From the human T2T-CHM13v2.0 reference genome, Homo sapiens: a stretch of 64,000 nucleotides of DNA. Location of the stretch: assembly GCF_009914755.1 (NCBI RefSeq), contig NC_060942.1; one strand, 5' to 3'. The first letter of the stretch is position 1. Each line of letters starts with the position of its first letter. The notes below the pieces were generated by a model that did no database searches, was not told where the DNA came from, and saw nothing but the letters and a program-made list of their open reading frames with translations. Below, piece by piece: positions 39,821 through 55,029 of the stretch. The translations under genes were made by a program, and so were the position numbers.

Positions 39821-42800
39821 AGTCACCTAGAGAGAGTCGGCCACGTCAGTCGCTTGATGAGCGTCCGCCCTTGTTTTCACTGTCATCTCAGGTGAATGTT
39901 TCATCAGGGTTTCAGGTTTCCCCTCAACTTTCCATCTCAGGAGACTGCTCAACAAGTGAATGCAGGAGTGTCCATGTCCTGAAGGGCTTCAGTGTGTTAA
40001 AACGTTGTTTAGAATACCTGCCAATATGCTTTTCTTAAAAAACAGTTTTTGAAGTAGTTAAAAATTTATTAAATCCAAAAATCAATTTTTGGATAATTGC
40101 TGAGAATACAGCTTCAAAATGCCTAGTTTTTAAACCACTGTTTTGAAATGTAATTTTAATCTGTGCATGGCCCCAAGTTACATTGATGCACAATAATGAA
40201 TTTATTAAGGCTTTAGACACATAGGCCGTTTTCAGGCTTTTACCCTGAAAATGCTCATGCCTAAGTCTGTGCCTGTTCCAGATTTTTTAAAATGGCATTT
40301 CTAGAAGCACGATTTAAGGCTTTTGATAGTATGACTGGAAAGGTTGTGATTTTTTTTCCTCTGATCAGTACTGTGCTTTGGTAGATTCATTTATGCATAC
40401 AAGTATTTCACAGTATTTCAGGTTTTCTTGGTTTGAAAATGTATTATACGTTTTACTAAGGTTGAGATCATATTACTCGTCCGTTATTCAAGTTATCTCC
40501 CTGAAATAGCCTCACTTCTGTTTAGGACCGCATTTGAGCCAGCTGGATCCCATCCATGTTATACCTCTGTCAGGTACTACATTTAAGAGGATGGTGTTTT
40601 CTAACTATATTGTTACTGTTCTATAAATAAAAGACTTATGACATTGAAATCCAGTGATAGCTACCAGATTTCCCTTTGAAATGCTTAATGTGCATTATAA
40701 AGGAGTAATTTTTAATCTTTATTTAAAACTTCGGAATAATTTGATTATTAATGAAAGTAAATGGTTTGAACACTTTCTGTTCCTGGGACAGCTTCACCAT
40801 TCTGTGTACCTATGAATAGGCTTTCTTTTACTAGTGAACAAAAGGCAAGTTCACCTTGACCGGGAGTATAAAAAATTTGCAAAAGTTTGAATACTTCTGA
40901 AGTGAGAGACTTTGAATGAAATATGGTTCGAACAGATATCTTTACTTTCTTGTTGATGTGATGAAAAAAAGATTTAAAAATGAGCAGATAGTTAAGTTTC
41001 TAAGGATTGTTTTTGTTGCGTACGATAGTAGGAACAGGATCCCATATCTGCCTCACATAAATGTGTTCGTTCACAGCATAAATGAATTTGAATATGTATT
41101 ATTTTCATAGATTTAATAAGTCTTTAAGATGATCACATATTTCCTAAGAAGAAAATTGTTTATTTTCATATTTGTCTCACTGGTTTATTTTCATAATATT
41201 TTACTGTTCAAAATATTTAACTTCTAGTTTTATGTTTTTATTTGTATAATATCAATAGATAAAAATTATTCCTGTGGAGTATTCCTATATTTGCCATTAT
41301 TAACACTTAATCTGCAGGCAGCTTACCATCATTAGAAACTGAAATATTATTTAAGTTTCATTTGAAAATGTATTTCTCATTTTATAAATTGAACATTAGT
41401 GGAGAAATACTAGTAGTTATAATTATTCATGAAAAATACAAATATAGATTTGTTTACAAAATAACTTTATAATTGGTCTTTTGAACCTGAGGCTATTTTT
41501 CAAGTTTGCATTATTAATTTAGGCAATGACATCTCATTCTATTTAAATGTAAACGTGTACCTCCTTCATTAGCTTTTACTGTCTAAAATATCCAAAAGTC
41601 TAATCCATTACAAATCAGTATATTCAATCATTACTCCAAAACTTTTTTGCCATTAGTTACTATTCGTTATAAATTCAAAGCACAAATTGGATTCATAGAA
41701 CACTGGTCTAGAATATTATTTCTGTAGCAAATTCTTTAGATTTGTTTCTGCATTAAAATGAAAAAAAATAACATTTTTCTATGTTTTTATTTTTCTTTGT
41801 TACATGTCACCTCTGTATTAATGAGAATGAAATAGAAAAAAAATTAGTGTGTTATAGTAAGTAAACGTTGGAATAGCTTAAAATTCCTACTTTCCAAAAC
41901 ATAGGGTTTTTTAATATTGAACTACATTGTGTTTCACTCATCACATTGGCTTCCACATCAGAGTGGATGTGTTTCACTTCAGTGGCCTCAACTGGGCTTT
42001 TGTTTATGTGAAACTTATTTCTTCCATTTCTTCTCTATGATTTATAGGGGATATATAATAAATGCATATTAAACAGTAAAGCACTGATAAGTCATGAAAA
42101 GTAACACAGAAATACTACCTGTAGTATAAAAATATTAAGGATAACCCTACATTGCACTTTAAATGTTAATTTAGTAAATTGCAGAAAACTGAAATGGCAA
42201 GCCAGACTCTGACAGTTTTATCATCTGCATATTGTGTCTCTATTATTGAAATTGGGATAGCATCAGTGTTCCTTCAGACTAGTTTTGGCCAGAGTTTTCC
42301 TTAACTGTGTCACTTCCTTAGTACTTCTAACCTTACATACCCTTTTTAATTTTTTTTTAACTATCTACATCTTTCTCTATTTTTCTTTTTTATTCATTAC
42401 TTGACATCATAACCCTGAGTAGAAAGTCTGTATCTCGTGGAGCAGAAGAATAGAATCTGCAGTCCCTGCCTCATATTGAAGATTTACCTCGTCATTTTGC
42501 TAAATTTGTTGGAAATACACTTTGGGTATTTTTCCCCCTACTTATGGCCGATATAGCTCTTAACCAGTGTTAATGACTTCTACAAAGTACTTTTTCATCT
42601 TAAGAGGTTTTTTTTTTTTCTTTTTTTGGTGAGGGGAAGTCAAAAGATATTTCAAGTAATATTGTAACTCAGATAGTGATGCTCAACTAGAAGTGTGCTT
42701 ACATTTTGTAATAGTCTCCAGTGTCTCTTTGATTTCACATCTAAACATTTTGTTGAGTATTTCTAATCAAATTTCTCAAGTTCTTACATGTGTGACTGGC

Positions 42801-45800
42801 ACAGGGCAAATTTGCTGTTCTTTACCACCATTTGATATATGTATCGACATCCTTGAAAATTTTTGCCAAACATACTTTTAATTTAATAGAATTTTGTCTG
42901 AACTTTGCATATTGCTGGAAGCATTTTTAAGGAAGTTTTAAGATGCAATGACAAAAAAAATTGTATTTATAATTTTCATTTCTCCTGAAAGTTGAGTTTA
43001 ATTTTTTAAACATATATTTATCTAAAATATCTCAGTTATAAAACATGTTTTTCAGGTCATAGATAACAGTATACATTTCTATACAGTTTTCTTGTATAAA
43101 CACTTTATGTTGATAATGCATAGCTAAGTAATAAGGCAAGCCTTCTTAGATACTGTGGCATTAAGAATTCAGTATACAATGGGATTCATTGTTCTGTTCT
43201 GCCACTTGTTTCAGCAGCCTCCTGAGTTAGGGCGACTCACTCCACAGGGAATAATTTTCTTCTTTTGGATAATCTCTTCAGAGACTTTCAGTTTTCCTTT
43301 TGCTTCCTGTGCAGGCTCATAGGCTGTACCACAAGAAGCAGTGGATAGAACAAATGTGGTTTTGCCCCTGAATACAGACAATGAGAAAAAATAGATCTTG
43401 ATCTCTGTAGCAGTATATTGTATTTGCTGAGAGAAGTGAAATTATATATACCAAAATGAACAGTACACAATCTTCCAGAGAATCAGAGGTTTCATTTATT
43501 TCTTTTGGGTGATTTTGAAGTTCTTAAAGAATAAAGGGATCCCATAAAAATAATCAAAATGAAAATGTCTAGAATTAATATTAGATATAATTGAGATTTG
43601 AAGCAGTTTGATCAATGCCACAAACCTGGTTTGATCAGAACAGACTTTAAATCAAAACTATTTTTGTCATTTAAAGTACCAGTCAACACGTTTTCATTAT
43701 GTCATTTACCTCAAGTCTATATGTCTTTATATTTTACTCTATTGTAACTGCCAATCTAGTCGATGGAATAAAAATACAAATGTCCCAGGCTGAAAGATTA
43801 CTTTGAAAGCCTAAAATTCCAGTTACTTTCCAAACTTTTCTTAGGCTAATAATGATTCCAAGGCCTTCTTCAAATTGTGATGAATTTCTGGAAGACAAAT
43901 GTGTCCCCTGAACTGTCTGTGCAGTGCTTGCTCCTGGTCAGATCGCCCCTTCCTGCTTGTCACCTGCACACAGTTCAGCCAGCCACAGGTAGATGTCAGT
44001 GTGGTGGCTGGTTTGCGAAACTGTTTTGTCCTGGCAAGCATAAAGATTGCTTTGAAAGGTTCTCCTAGCTTGTGTCATGATGACACTTTATACCGGTGTA
44101 CTCCCTTTCACGTGGAGTAGAAGTTCCTGGCAAGTTTAGGTGGGATTTTTTTGAGGGGTTCCCTAACAAAATAAAATGAATGTCCTCTTAATTGTATCAT
44201 CTGTTCAGGTGTTCTATAATGAAGTGTGAATGTTGTACTATGTGTTAATCTATTCTTCCTTTTTTTCTGACAATTCTTTGCAGCAGAACTTGAGTTCTTC
44301 CTGAATGAAATATTTCCTAGTTTTCTCTGCCCATTTCATTAGTGAATTTTATCTCATCAGTTCTAATTTTTTATTTGGTTTTGTATTTTGTATAATGTTT
44401 TTTATCTAGTGTTACTTTCATATTCAGCTTGCTTTATTCATAATTTTCTTTCTTGCCCTCTAACACACAAGTACATAGGCTTTTTAAAATTTTTGTTTTC
44501 AGCCTAAGAGGCTCTGTGCTGATATAGCACAAGCATTTACACTAGGTCTTTAGTTAACATTGTTAAATTTTATCTTAAAAAACAAAACAACCTTGTTTAA
44601 GTAAAAGATCTTACAAACTTGAAAACAAATAGATTCCACAGCATTAAAAATTATAAATTGGTTCACATGTCTTTAAAAGAAAAAGAATCAGAGATCCTAC
44701 TTTTTGTTGATCAGTTACAAATAAGTTGCTTTGTTTGTTGATGTAGCTTAAATAGGCATTGGGATCACAGATTAATTAGAAGAGTCATTTTGAACACAAA
44801 GTGACCATGCATTCCGTCTGCTATCTCTTTAAGTAGAATCCAGATAAACATGTTTATTAAACCTGCTGTTGTTGAATCGCAAATCCAGTCATTATAAAAG
44901 GACCAAAGCTATCTTTGGGGATGGTCTTTCTACAAGGAATTACTATGGACAGTCCCTTGGGTAGTAGTTAGATATATCTGTATATATTGTGGAAGAAAGA
45001 AAGGCCTTAGAGATGAAAAAAATAGAAAATTTTTTTTTGGGCAATAGTCTCTTGCATAATAAGTTATTCCTTAGACACTAGAGCTATTATCAAACAACAA
45101 AACACTTTACTATGTAACTATCTATATCTTCCAGCAATAGAAGCTCATACAGTGTAGCTTATTAGGAAAACTCTCTAATCTCCAGGAGGAGCTGACAGAA
45201 GTCACCTATGCATCCCTACAGTGTGGGGTTGGATGTAGACTCAGCTGTGGATCTGAGAGAAAATAACCCAATTTTTGCAAGTACTATTGGTGGAAAATAG
45301 CAACGACAGAATAACTTTGAAGTATATAAAAGTTTGTACTTTATGTACAAATCAGTTTTCACTAATTTGGTCAGAATGCTAAGATACTAGTTATTTCATT
45401 TTATTTTCAGCTTCTTTGTTTCCACATATTCTGAAATATTGCCTGTCTGGAGCCTGTAGAAAAAATGTGAAAGACAGAAAGACAAACTTTGAACATTTGG
45501 AAAATGGTGATGCCGTCGTTTTTATGAAGCAGAGGAAGACAGAGCAGCTTATGTATCAGCGTGTCTGACTCATTCCACTCCCTCTAGGCATAAGATGCTG
45601 CCTTCTGTGTGGTAGCATTTATTGTGTATATTTTGGCTCATCCCTAAGAATTTCTTTAAGACAATATTATATCTTTTATAAATTTTACATCTTTGTCTTC
45701 TTAATTAGGGAATGTAGCACAAATTTTTTGTTGGATTTTTTTTCCTATTCATATTATTTTCGTACTTAACTATATTTATTAGAAGTTCTAGAAAAAGAAC

Positions 45801-46499
45801 TACTTCTGAGGTTTTGTTTTGTTTTGGTAAAACAATGTTGCACTGTTGCCAGCTGCAGAACTGCAAGTGAGCAATAATTCAAATAAACTAGAATTCCTTA
45901 TTCAATAACGCAGTGTGTAACCTGATACTTTTCTCTGTGGAGAATTTTAACCTAATATTAATCTTTCCTCTTTAAACTTTAATCTCTTATTTTTAATTAT
46001 TATGGCCTGAATCTTTGTAAACAACCTAGTCCTCATTTTGTATCTTTAATATTAGCTAGGGCACCATTTGGAGATCTCTGTGTAGGTCTTGAGTGTATGT
46101 TGATTAACTTGACATGGTATTTTCTTTCAGTACATTTTGTTTCTTCATCTTAAATTACAACTTTTAACACATACATGAAATGTCATAAAACAAGACTTTT
46201 TTCCATTGAGAGAAAACATAAATTTCAAATTTTGTGCTTAAATATGGAAATTAATATTTTGGATTGAAGTGTCTGGGGGGAAAAGTGGTTGACATTTGAA
46301 TTTCATAAATTTGTTCCAATCTAAAAACCTCAGATATCTTTGAGTTAAAAGTTTAAGACTCTGTTCCACTCTGCACTCCCAAATTATACTTTTCCTTTGA
46401 TTTCAAGTTCTCTTTTTCACTCGGACAAGCCTGGATTGTAGGTCACATGAGATTCTGTGGTAAAAGACAGCAGGAAGTCTGTGTGGGTTTCTCTCCACT

Positions 46500-46680
46500 G
46501 TCCATGCTGGATGATCTGTTTCCCTCCAAAAGCAGTAGGGAGCCAGTGGAGGATGTTGAGCAGGAAAATGACATAATCACACTTAACTTTGCAAAATCAC
46601 TGGTGCAGTACAAATAATGAGTCAGAGAGGGATCCAACAGGAGACAGGAGACCATTTAAAAGACAATTGCAAAGGTACAT
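46500..46680 (-). mobile_element. L2 fragment
   Basis: gggagccagtggaggatgttgagcaggaaaatgacataatcacacttaactttgcaaaatcactggtg is typical reverse L2 sequence. Confidence 0.55.
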
Positions 46681-49600
46681 GCAGAAAATCACCTTAAACT
46701 AATGCTGTGATGGAAGGGCAGAGAGTGGCAGGTGATGGGAAGGTGAACGAATGGATCTGTGGGCCCAGTGAATGGACTGAGGGGAGGGTGACAGAGAGCT
46801 GCACGCCATCCTTCGGGTGTGCTGGTCAGGGCTGCTGGGTGAGTGACCGTGCCAGTCAGGGAGGTCCTCTCTCCTGGAGGAGGATGTCCTTTAGGAAAAG
46901 GATGGTCTGGGATGAGCTGCTTATGAGATGCCCATGTGATGTCCAAATGAAACCAGGTCAATAGGTGTATAGTTCCATACTAATCTATGTGGAACTTGAT
47001 GTGATTGATGTTTTCCTTAGAAAATGTGAAAAAGTGAAACAAGAAGAGAGGCAAATAGCCTGTATGGGAGACAGAGAAGCAGGCTCACAGACAGGGGAGG
47101 GACCTCCAGGAAAGAGAGGTGTCATACACCAAGCAAAGAGTGGGCGGCGTGCCAGGTGTTGATGAAATAGGAGAGTGCAGCCCGCCAGCCACAGCCACTG
47201 GGTCTCAGATTCTCTTGGGAAGACCCGTTTTAGTAAAGTAGTGAGAACAGAAAACAGGTAAGTGGAGAGAAGTGCAGAAATGATAAGCTTGCCTTTTGCC
47301 TGGTGTTCACAGAAACTTTGCCTTGAGGCGGCTCTGTGAAAACACTGGGCCAGAGGGAAAGACAGAGGGTGGCAGCTGAAGGCAGGTAGACGGATGCGTG
47401 CTGTCTTTGTGTTGGCATTCATTTGTTTGCGTAAAATCACTTTCTGAAATGTACTTTAATGTTTATGTGCCAAATGTTTAAATGTCCATTGAAACCGTGA
47501 GGCTGAAAACTGCATTATTCGTGATGGCTAGTACAGTGTATACGTGATTAGGGTTGGTGAAGCAGGGGCACTGCTAATAGTTAGATCCTCTGAGGACTTC
47601 TCAGAACACTCCCGAGTTGAGCCAGTGCCTCACTATTGTCCTGTGGGTCGTCTCTCTGCACATGGAGAACTGTGGCTTCAGGCCTTCCCTGTCATTTCAT
47701 GTGGCTGCGATAAGAACTTCCCACCTTTTGGGGGTACTGCATGGCACCACATTTTATCTTCACTGTGGTCGGAGTTTTGAGTCAAGAAAACAGAAGCGAT
47801 GTCATGGTATATTCTGTCTCCTCCCTACCTATACACCCCAAAAGGTGGGGTTTTATTTGCCACATGTGGAGCGTTCTTACAGAAGCTTGTGTTGACTGTG
47901 TTTCACTAATTTAACAAGCTGCTTGCTGCTAGCTAACAGTTTAGTGTAATCATGTAACAAACACTTGCTTTCAATATAGTCTTTTAAACTGCGACATCTT
48001 TTCTGTGACTAATTTTAAACAATTTTTGCTAATGTCTCAGGTTTTTCTAAGATCAGTAAGTCTAACAGGACCCTCTAATGACATCATAAGCCAGTTGAAG
48101 AGCACCCAGTCATTTCTCTTGATGACACCTGACTCCTGCACGTATTTACAGCCGTTCAATTTGTTTTCACCTATCTTTTGTTCAGCTTATTCCAAGTAGT
48201 TATGAACATCATGTTACATTTTACCAAGCATGAACTAAATTATATATTTTCTGTGTTCTTATGTGCTAAAATTTCTATTGAAGACTGTTTTAAATTGTTC
48301 CCTACCTTCTTCAAATTGCCGGTTTTTTTCTAGAAATATGTAATTCTCTTGGAGTGTGTCCTACGAGAGGAATGTGATAATAAGGATCCTGGCGGTGAAG
48401 TTAGTGTGTGTATAATGTGAACAGGGAAGGCAAACATATCACCCTGTAGGCTGAGATAGGGAACGTGATTTGTTTCCATGACTTAGGGTGCATTATAACT
48501 GCTGAGTGTTGGTGTCAGTTGTATTAAACCACTAAAAAGTGGAAATAAGTCATATATATGGCCCCACCGGTTGATGGATGCTATTTTTTGCGTTCACTAG
48601 CATTTTGTATGGGTTTCCTTTGATTCTGTTGGAATTGTTGCTGCTTCGTTTCATTATGAATTATGATTACCACAAGATTGTTATGGCTGCATCTCCATTT
48701 TAGGTTTTAGCTTGTTTTTCAACCTTAAAAACAGTGATGTATTTCCCTTTGCAAATTGAGATAGTTCTGTTTTGTACATATTCTCTCAAACTTTTGGCAC
48801 CATTTCTGCAAGTACAAATAAAGATGGTAGAAATAATCACCACAGTGCTCCTAAAGTAGGTTACTTCTAGCATCGGTGACAATGTTTTGTTACATTATGA
48901 GGAAGCTTCCCTGTACTAGGCTAGCATAGTATTTCTAAGAAAAAGAGAACCAGAAGACACAGAGTGGGAGTGGCTGTGATGAGCAAGTGTGTCATCTGGA
49001 ACCATCCTCCCAGGCCCAAGGGCCCGTGTGCCATGCCTAAGAAATATATGGACAATATCAGCATATATATATTTTTAATTGCATGTTCCTTCCAATTCAT
49101 GACTTGTGTGTGGCCTTTGAACAATGATGTTATTAATGCAATGATTATGCAATCCAGCTCTTCCTGAGCTGTGTGTATGCACTTGCTTTAACTACACATG
49201 CACACATATATTATTACCTTCCTTGCATCTCTTTTTAACAAAACAATCTTTTAAAACACTGTATGTTGTTCTGTAAAAAAGAGTCAACACAAGGTTTCAG
49301 TTTTATTTTTAAGGTTTTTTTTTTTTTTTAGTTTAAAAGTGGAATATGTGTTTTCCTTAGCTGTAAAAGCACAATCAAAGCGACATGATAAGTGAGTCCG
49401 TGTTGTAAAAGTAAAACTAATTTTGCCTTCACTCACATGAGCCATAGAAGGAGGAAGCTTTATTGTCCCTGGGAAGGTGATAAGGCAGAGTAATTGTATA
49501 TTATACTGTCCTGGAACATCTGCCTGAAGACTGTTGGAGCAATTCATCTATCATGGACGATACAGCATGTTTTGTCTTTTTGCTTTAACCCGTCCCCACT

Positions 49601-52600
49601 GCTGGCCTGCGCGGAGGTTTTGATAGGGACCGTGCCTGGGCCGGGGCTCACATTAATCAGTCCCCTTGTTCAACACTCCAGCTGACATAATTACAACCTG
49701 CGCACAGCAGTTATTCAAGTCGAGTCCTTGTCACTCGTGGTGCGAAACTACACAGCTCAGATCCCGGAGGAGATTGCCTTATCACACAGAACAAGGGCTC
49801 GCAGGAGTCGAAGAGAATAGAAATGGGAAAATGTCTTCCGGGAGTACTATATATTCCTTTAAAATAAGACGTTTGAGAGACTTACAAGGGACAAAGGGAA
49901 GCATTGTGTGCAGGGACTGAAATGAACCAGTTATTATTTTTAAATGGGTTACATGGAGCATTTTTGTAAAAATGGACATAGATTATTACATAAATTCAGT
50001 GGTCCCTCATCGTCAGTGACTCTTCTCTATTACTTTTTCTTCAAAGGTGATCACAGAACTTTGGAATTATAAAAGGTTTACATTCTCTTTGCACGACTTA
50101 ATAAAATTAATAAAGTATGCATTTTTCGATTAATACTCAGCAACTGTAGACTTAGGGAGCTCTGTACAGCATAGAGTTAAAGCTAGGAAACATTTTTTTG
50201 AAAGACTTTTCAAAGATAAGTAAGTTCACTCTTGCCTATGGCAACGTAGTATAAATATTGGACTGACAAGAGCTCCCAAAAAATGAACTCTCTTATCATA
50301 TGTTGCACCTTCCCCCTCTACCTCTCCATGGGATGGATCACCCACCAGTGCCTGCAGTATGCCAGGTGTGGAGGATGGAATCTTTCAGACACTTACATAG
50401 TGTTTAAATTTTATGGCTGCCCTTGCCCCACCTCTAATACCCTAGGTGAGTCTAAGAGCTTGTGGTGACTTATGTGACCAGGCCTGCCAGACTGCCCACT
50501 AAACTGTGCTTCTATACATGAATGCCAAAAGTTGTTGTTTTAAATCTAGTCTTTTTCCCTTAGACATTATTAGATTGTCCCAAGTGAAGCCAGCTTCCGG
50601 CTTGAACTCTCAGAAATATTGTGAAACATGATGCTGCTTCAGTAAAAATGTTACGTACATCACCTTAAATTTGAAAAGCTTTCAACTAGAAAAATACGGT
50701 AAATTATTCATATATGCACACATATATATGTAAATACTTAAATTGCTTGATTTGTCAAGTAATATTTTTTTCTAGACAACGTATTTCAAGCCAAAGTTGT
50801 ATGTATTATTTTATAGAGTTCATGTCCTTTTTGGGAATATATTTCTGTCTACCATTTTTACTGTACCTAACCACTCTAAAAAAATGATGGCTTGGACTTT
50901 TGGAGGTTGGTTAGGCTCCCATTTTTCTGTTGTATTTCCTTAAAGATCTTTTTTTCCTCAGAAGTTTTTCATCCATCTGCCTTTTCTGGTTTTGCAGCAT
51001 CTCACTTTGCTACACCTAGTGAGTTAACAGAAGTGGAAAGAATAAAACTTTTCCTATGAGGGAATAAATATGTAGCGATGAAGAGTTCGGGGGTCTATAT
51101 TTATTTCAGAGTGGCAAGATAAAAATGAGAAGAATTTCTACTCTGCCATCCAGGCAGGAGATTAGTGAAAGGAAGTGATTCAATATGTAAGGCTAATTCT
51201 GCATTTTTATTTTCAGATTCTGAGCATCAAGCAATATTGAATAGATTGAAAATACTGCTTGATGCTCAGAATATCAACTTTGAAAAAATGTTTTGGTAGT
51301 CACATATGTTTGGGAGATACTCTCCATATTGTATCCCCTATCCAGTCCCTTCACACTCACAGTCATCAGCATATTAAAGACTCGGAGAATCCCTTTAGTC
51401 AGGACACACCTCTAGTTTTGTGTACTGATATATGCCAGACTTCTGTGGCCATGAAGGCCCTTTCCCCAAAGCCCTAGGAGTATCCTGCTGGATTATTTCT
51501 ATTTCATTGAAGGGGAGGCAACCACTAAAGTCTGCTGCATGTTTTTAGCTCAGAGACTTTAGCATGTTCGTTCTTCATCTGCTCCCATTGTAAGGCATAT
51601 AATAATTGAGTAAACTTACTAAGTTTTATTTTACTTCTATGAGCATTTAGCGTGGTGAGGATATCAGAGGAAAATCTTCCAGTTGCTCTGTGTTTCTCAC
51701 GCACTTTCTCTTCTCCTTCTTTATACCAGCAATGTATCAGTATATGATGATATGAAACAGTTAAGGAAATGTATTATTTTTTCTCTTTGGGGCTAAAGAA
51801 AAAGAATCAGGGAGAAATCCAGGTTCTCCAGGGCTTGCCCTTGCTGGAAGCCCTGCCCTCCTTCCTGTGATGTGGGTGACAGTCCAGCTTAGCCTTGTGT
51901 TTGAATCACTGCACAAACTCAAAGTCAGTGGGACTCTTCCTGAAATGCTAAATTCTGAAGAACTCATTTGGGTTTCTGAATGAAAAAGTTCAGTGTCACT
52001 TCCTACCATTTCTTCCTTGTGATGTTCATTATTTTTCTATGGAGTGGAGGGTAGAAAGGAAGATGTTAAAGTCGGTGCCGCTTCTTATTGGTTGTAGATA
52101 GTATGATTGGAGATTTAAGTGGACAGGAATGTGGGAAACATGAGAGGTGAACAAAGCATGGGGAGTTATTCACAGTCCTGAAACAGAAGGAGCAAGTGTA
52201 ACTCTGGGTGAAAATCTCACATGATAAATATATCTGAAGCAGTGGCATATCAATATGTAAGTTTACTGTTAACATAATTTGAAATCAGTAGAAGTTAGAA
52301 AAGCATTTGGAATAATGTGGAAAGCAAGACAATTTCAGGCCATTAGCAGTTGAAGAGTCACTGAAGGGCAGACGCAGCAGTCCTCTAAGTGGACACGGTG
52401 GGTTTTCAACCTTTTCTAAATGTTCACGTTTTCTTTTATGCAGCACAGCACAGCTTTTTGTTACTGCTCTTAACATACACAACTCTTTTGTCTTGTAAAA
52501 TCATATCCTCGTTGAGGGCATGACCACAGTGATTTGTTTTTAGGCTTGTTTTTATGTAGTACCTACTAAATATGTTTAAAAAATTCATTTTGAAAGTAAA

Positions 52601-54049
52601 AAGTCAACACATAGGAAGGTAGACTTCTCTTGTAACCTATATACTTTCCATATAAACCGAAGCAGTAATCAGGTTTAAATTATTTGTCTTCTGAAGTGCC
52701 TATGATTGGGTCTGAAAGGCTGGCCTTGCTCCCAGACGTTTAGAAAAGCAGCTAGATGTGCACAGGTTTCCTGCGGGTGACAGAGAGGCCAGCGCAGCGC
52801 CTGCTGTTCAGGAGCGTCTCAGAGGCACACGAGAGCCTGTTGGCTGCTCGCGCAGAGAGCGCATGTGGACACCTGGACAGCCGCGTGACTTGGAAGCATG
52901 GGAGTTTATCCTCTCAAGGGTGGTGGATGAGACCAAGAATGCGTCAGTGTTCATCCACTTCTGTGCTAACTTACAAGTTTCTTTCTCTTATGAGGCACTG
53001 TGCTGTTTTAGAATCACTTTTTATCGCATAATAAACATGAACAGAAATATAACTGAGAAATGGAGAGAAAAATTCAATGTGCATCAATTTGTCCTAAGAA
53101 CTAGTTTCAAAGAATTTAGATTTATGAAAAGCAAAAAGTAATGAGTAAATGATCTAATGGAAATTATCCCATTCAATAAATAGCTACCAGTTATAATAAA
53201 GGAAAATAAAATTCATAAGATTTAGAGCAAGGTGATCCAGAAACTCTCCAACTAAAATTTCCTCTTGCTGAAAATGTCCAAAGGATTGTATTTTGTGATT
53301 ACCTCAGATTGCTGTAAACTCTTTTTATCTGAATAAAAAAAGAGACTTTGCGTAATTCTGTATGTAGTGTAATAGTGTAATATGGTGCCATTATTTTTAA
53401 ATATCTAGTTTACTTAAATTCTCCTGACATTTACCAGTTTTGTACGTTATTATTACTATTTGGAGTCAGAGTCTTGCCACCATACCTGCATTCCCAGCAC
53501 TTCTCTCTTCCCGTTTTCCTGCAGTACCCCTTGTAGGCATTCCTGGTTTTTGTCCTGGAGGTGTCCTGAAGACAGCTTCTTGGTGTATAGGCTGCATCTG
53601 GTGTTTGTAAAGAATAAAGAAGTTAGCTCCATTCTCCACCACACCCTCTCCTCTCTTCCCTGTTTTGATTATAGTATTCCTTCTGGTTTCCTAGAGATTA
53701 CAGCTTGAGTTTCCTCATTTAAACCTTTTGCTAAATTCATCAGATTGACTCCTCCCTGTGTAAACACGAGGATCCAGGCACGTAAGCACATCCACCTCTG
53801 CCCCAACTGTCAGCTGTGCTGCTCTGCTGTGGTTTGTCAGGTTTACATTCCTGGCAATGCTGTACAATCTGGGTGTTTTTCAAATAGATGTTTGGTCATA
53901 TTTGCTTTATATGTAGAACACTTAAAGATATTTTTATGAATAGCCAAAATGATCCAAATACACTGAGCAAAACAAAAGTTTCCTTGGACTTGGAAATCCT
54001 TCAATAAAAATATCATCAGTAGTTTACTAGGCTTCCTTTGAATACACAT

Positions 54050-54450
54050 TTAATACATTTACATCTCTATATGTATAAATGTATGTATTTTCCATGTATA
54101 CATTTTATCTGTATATGTATGTGCATATATTTCATATATCTGTGGGTGTATATATGTGCACAGATACTCTGTGTATATATTTTATATGTGTATATATTTT
54201 ATATGTGCTTGTATGTCTGTATGTGCATGCACACACTGTGTATATGTGAGTATTTTATGTGTGTATGTGTATATGTGCACACATACTGTATGTGTATACG
54301 TATATATTTTATAAGTGCCATAGATGTATATGTGTGTGCACACACACTGTATGTGTATATGCATATGTGTGCACACATACTTTATGTGTATATGTATAAA
54401 TCTTATGTATACATATATGTGTATATGCACACACATACCGTATGTGTATA
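54050..54450. repeat. Degenerate TA/TG/CA alternating purine-pyrimidine repeat
   Basis: Recurrent tatgtgcacacatactgtatgtgtata-like units; source of the Cys/Val/Tyr/His-rich pseudo-ORFs. Confidence 0.9.
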
Positions 54451-55029
54451 TTTTTGAAAAGCTGAAAGGACCCATACCTACATGTATCTGGGACTTGATT
54501 TTTTTAACTTAATAATGTATCCTATTAGTCTTTCCATGTTCATAAGAGCTACCTTATTCTATTTAATGGCTTTTATACAACAAGTAAGGTTGAATGCCCA
54601 GATAGTACACACACCAAGCTTTCTTCCACAGGGTTTACTGAGAGAAACTCACAGAGGGAGTGCAGCAGCTGTCGCTCCTCTCCTCAGTTTATCTCAATAA
54701 CCTGCCGCATTCTGGAGCAACACGCAAGGATTTTGTGGTGCTGGACATCAGACTCTGGGGAAGTGTCTGGCTCTTACGCTGTGGGACTTTTAAGCTTCAC
54801 AACTGGAGAAGATCCAGCTCCTCCATGCCTCTGAGGGTGTGTTGGCAGGTGAGGTTGAGCGGTCCTGTGACCTGGCCTACCAGATCTCTGGCCTTGTTCT
54901 AACATCAGTAACCGTACATGGTCGGGGAAATGGCTTCTCTTTCCCCTGATCAGGCTGTGCTCTCCCACCGTTCAGCCGGGATGTGGTTGATTTCCATGGA
55001 ACTCTGTAGGAGAAGCTAACTCTTAGCTC

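Noticed and set aside
54038-54512. Cys/Tyr/Val- and His-rich ORFs
   Set aside because: Products of the TA/TG/CA low-complexity repeat.
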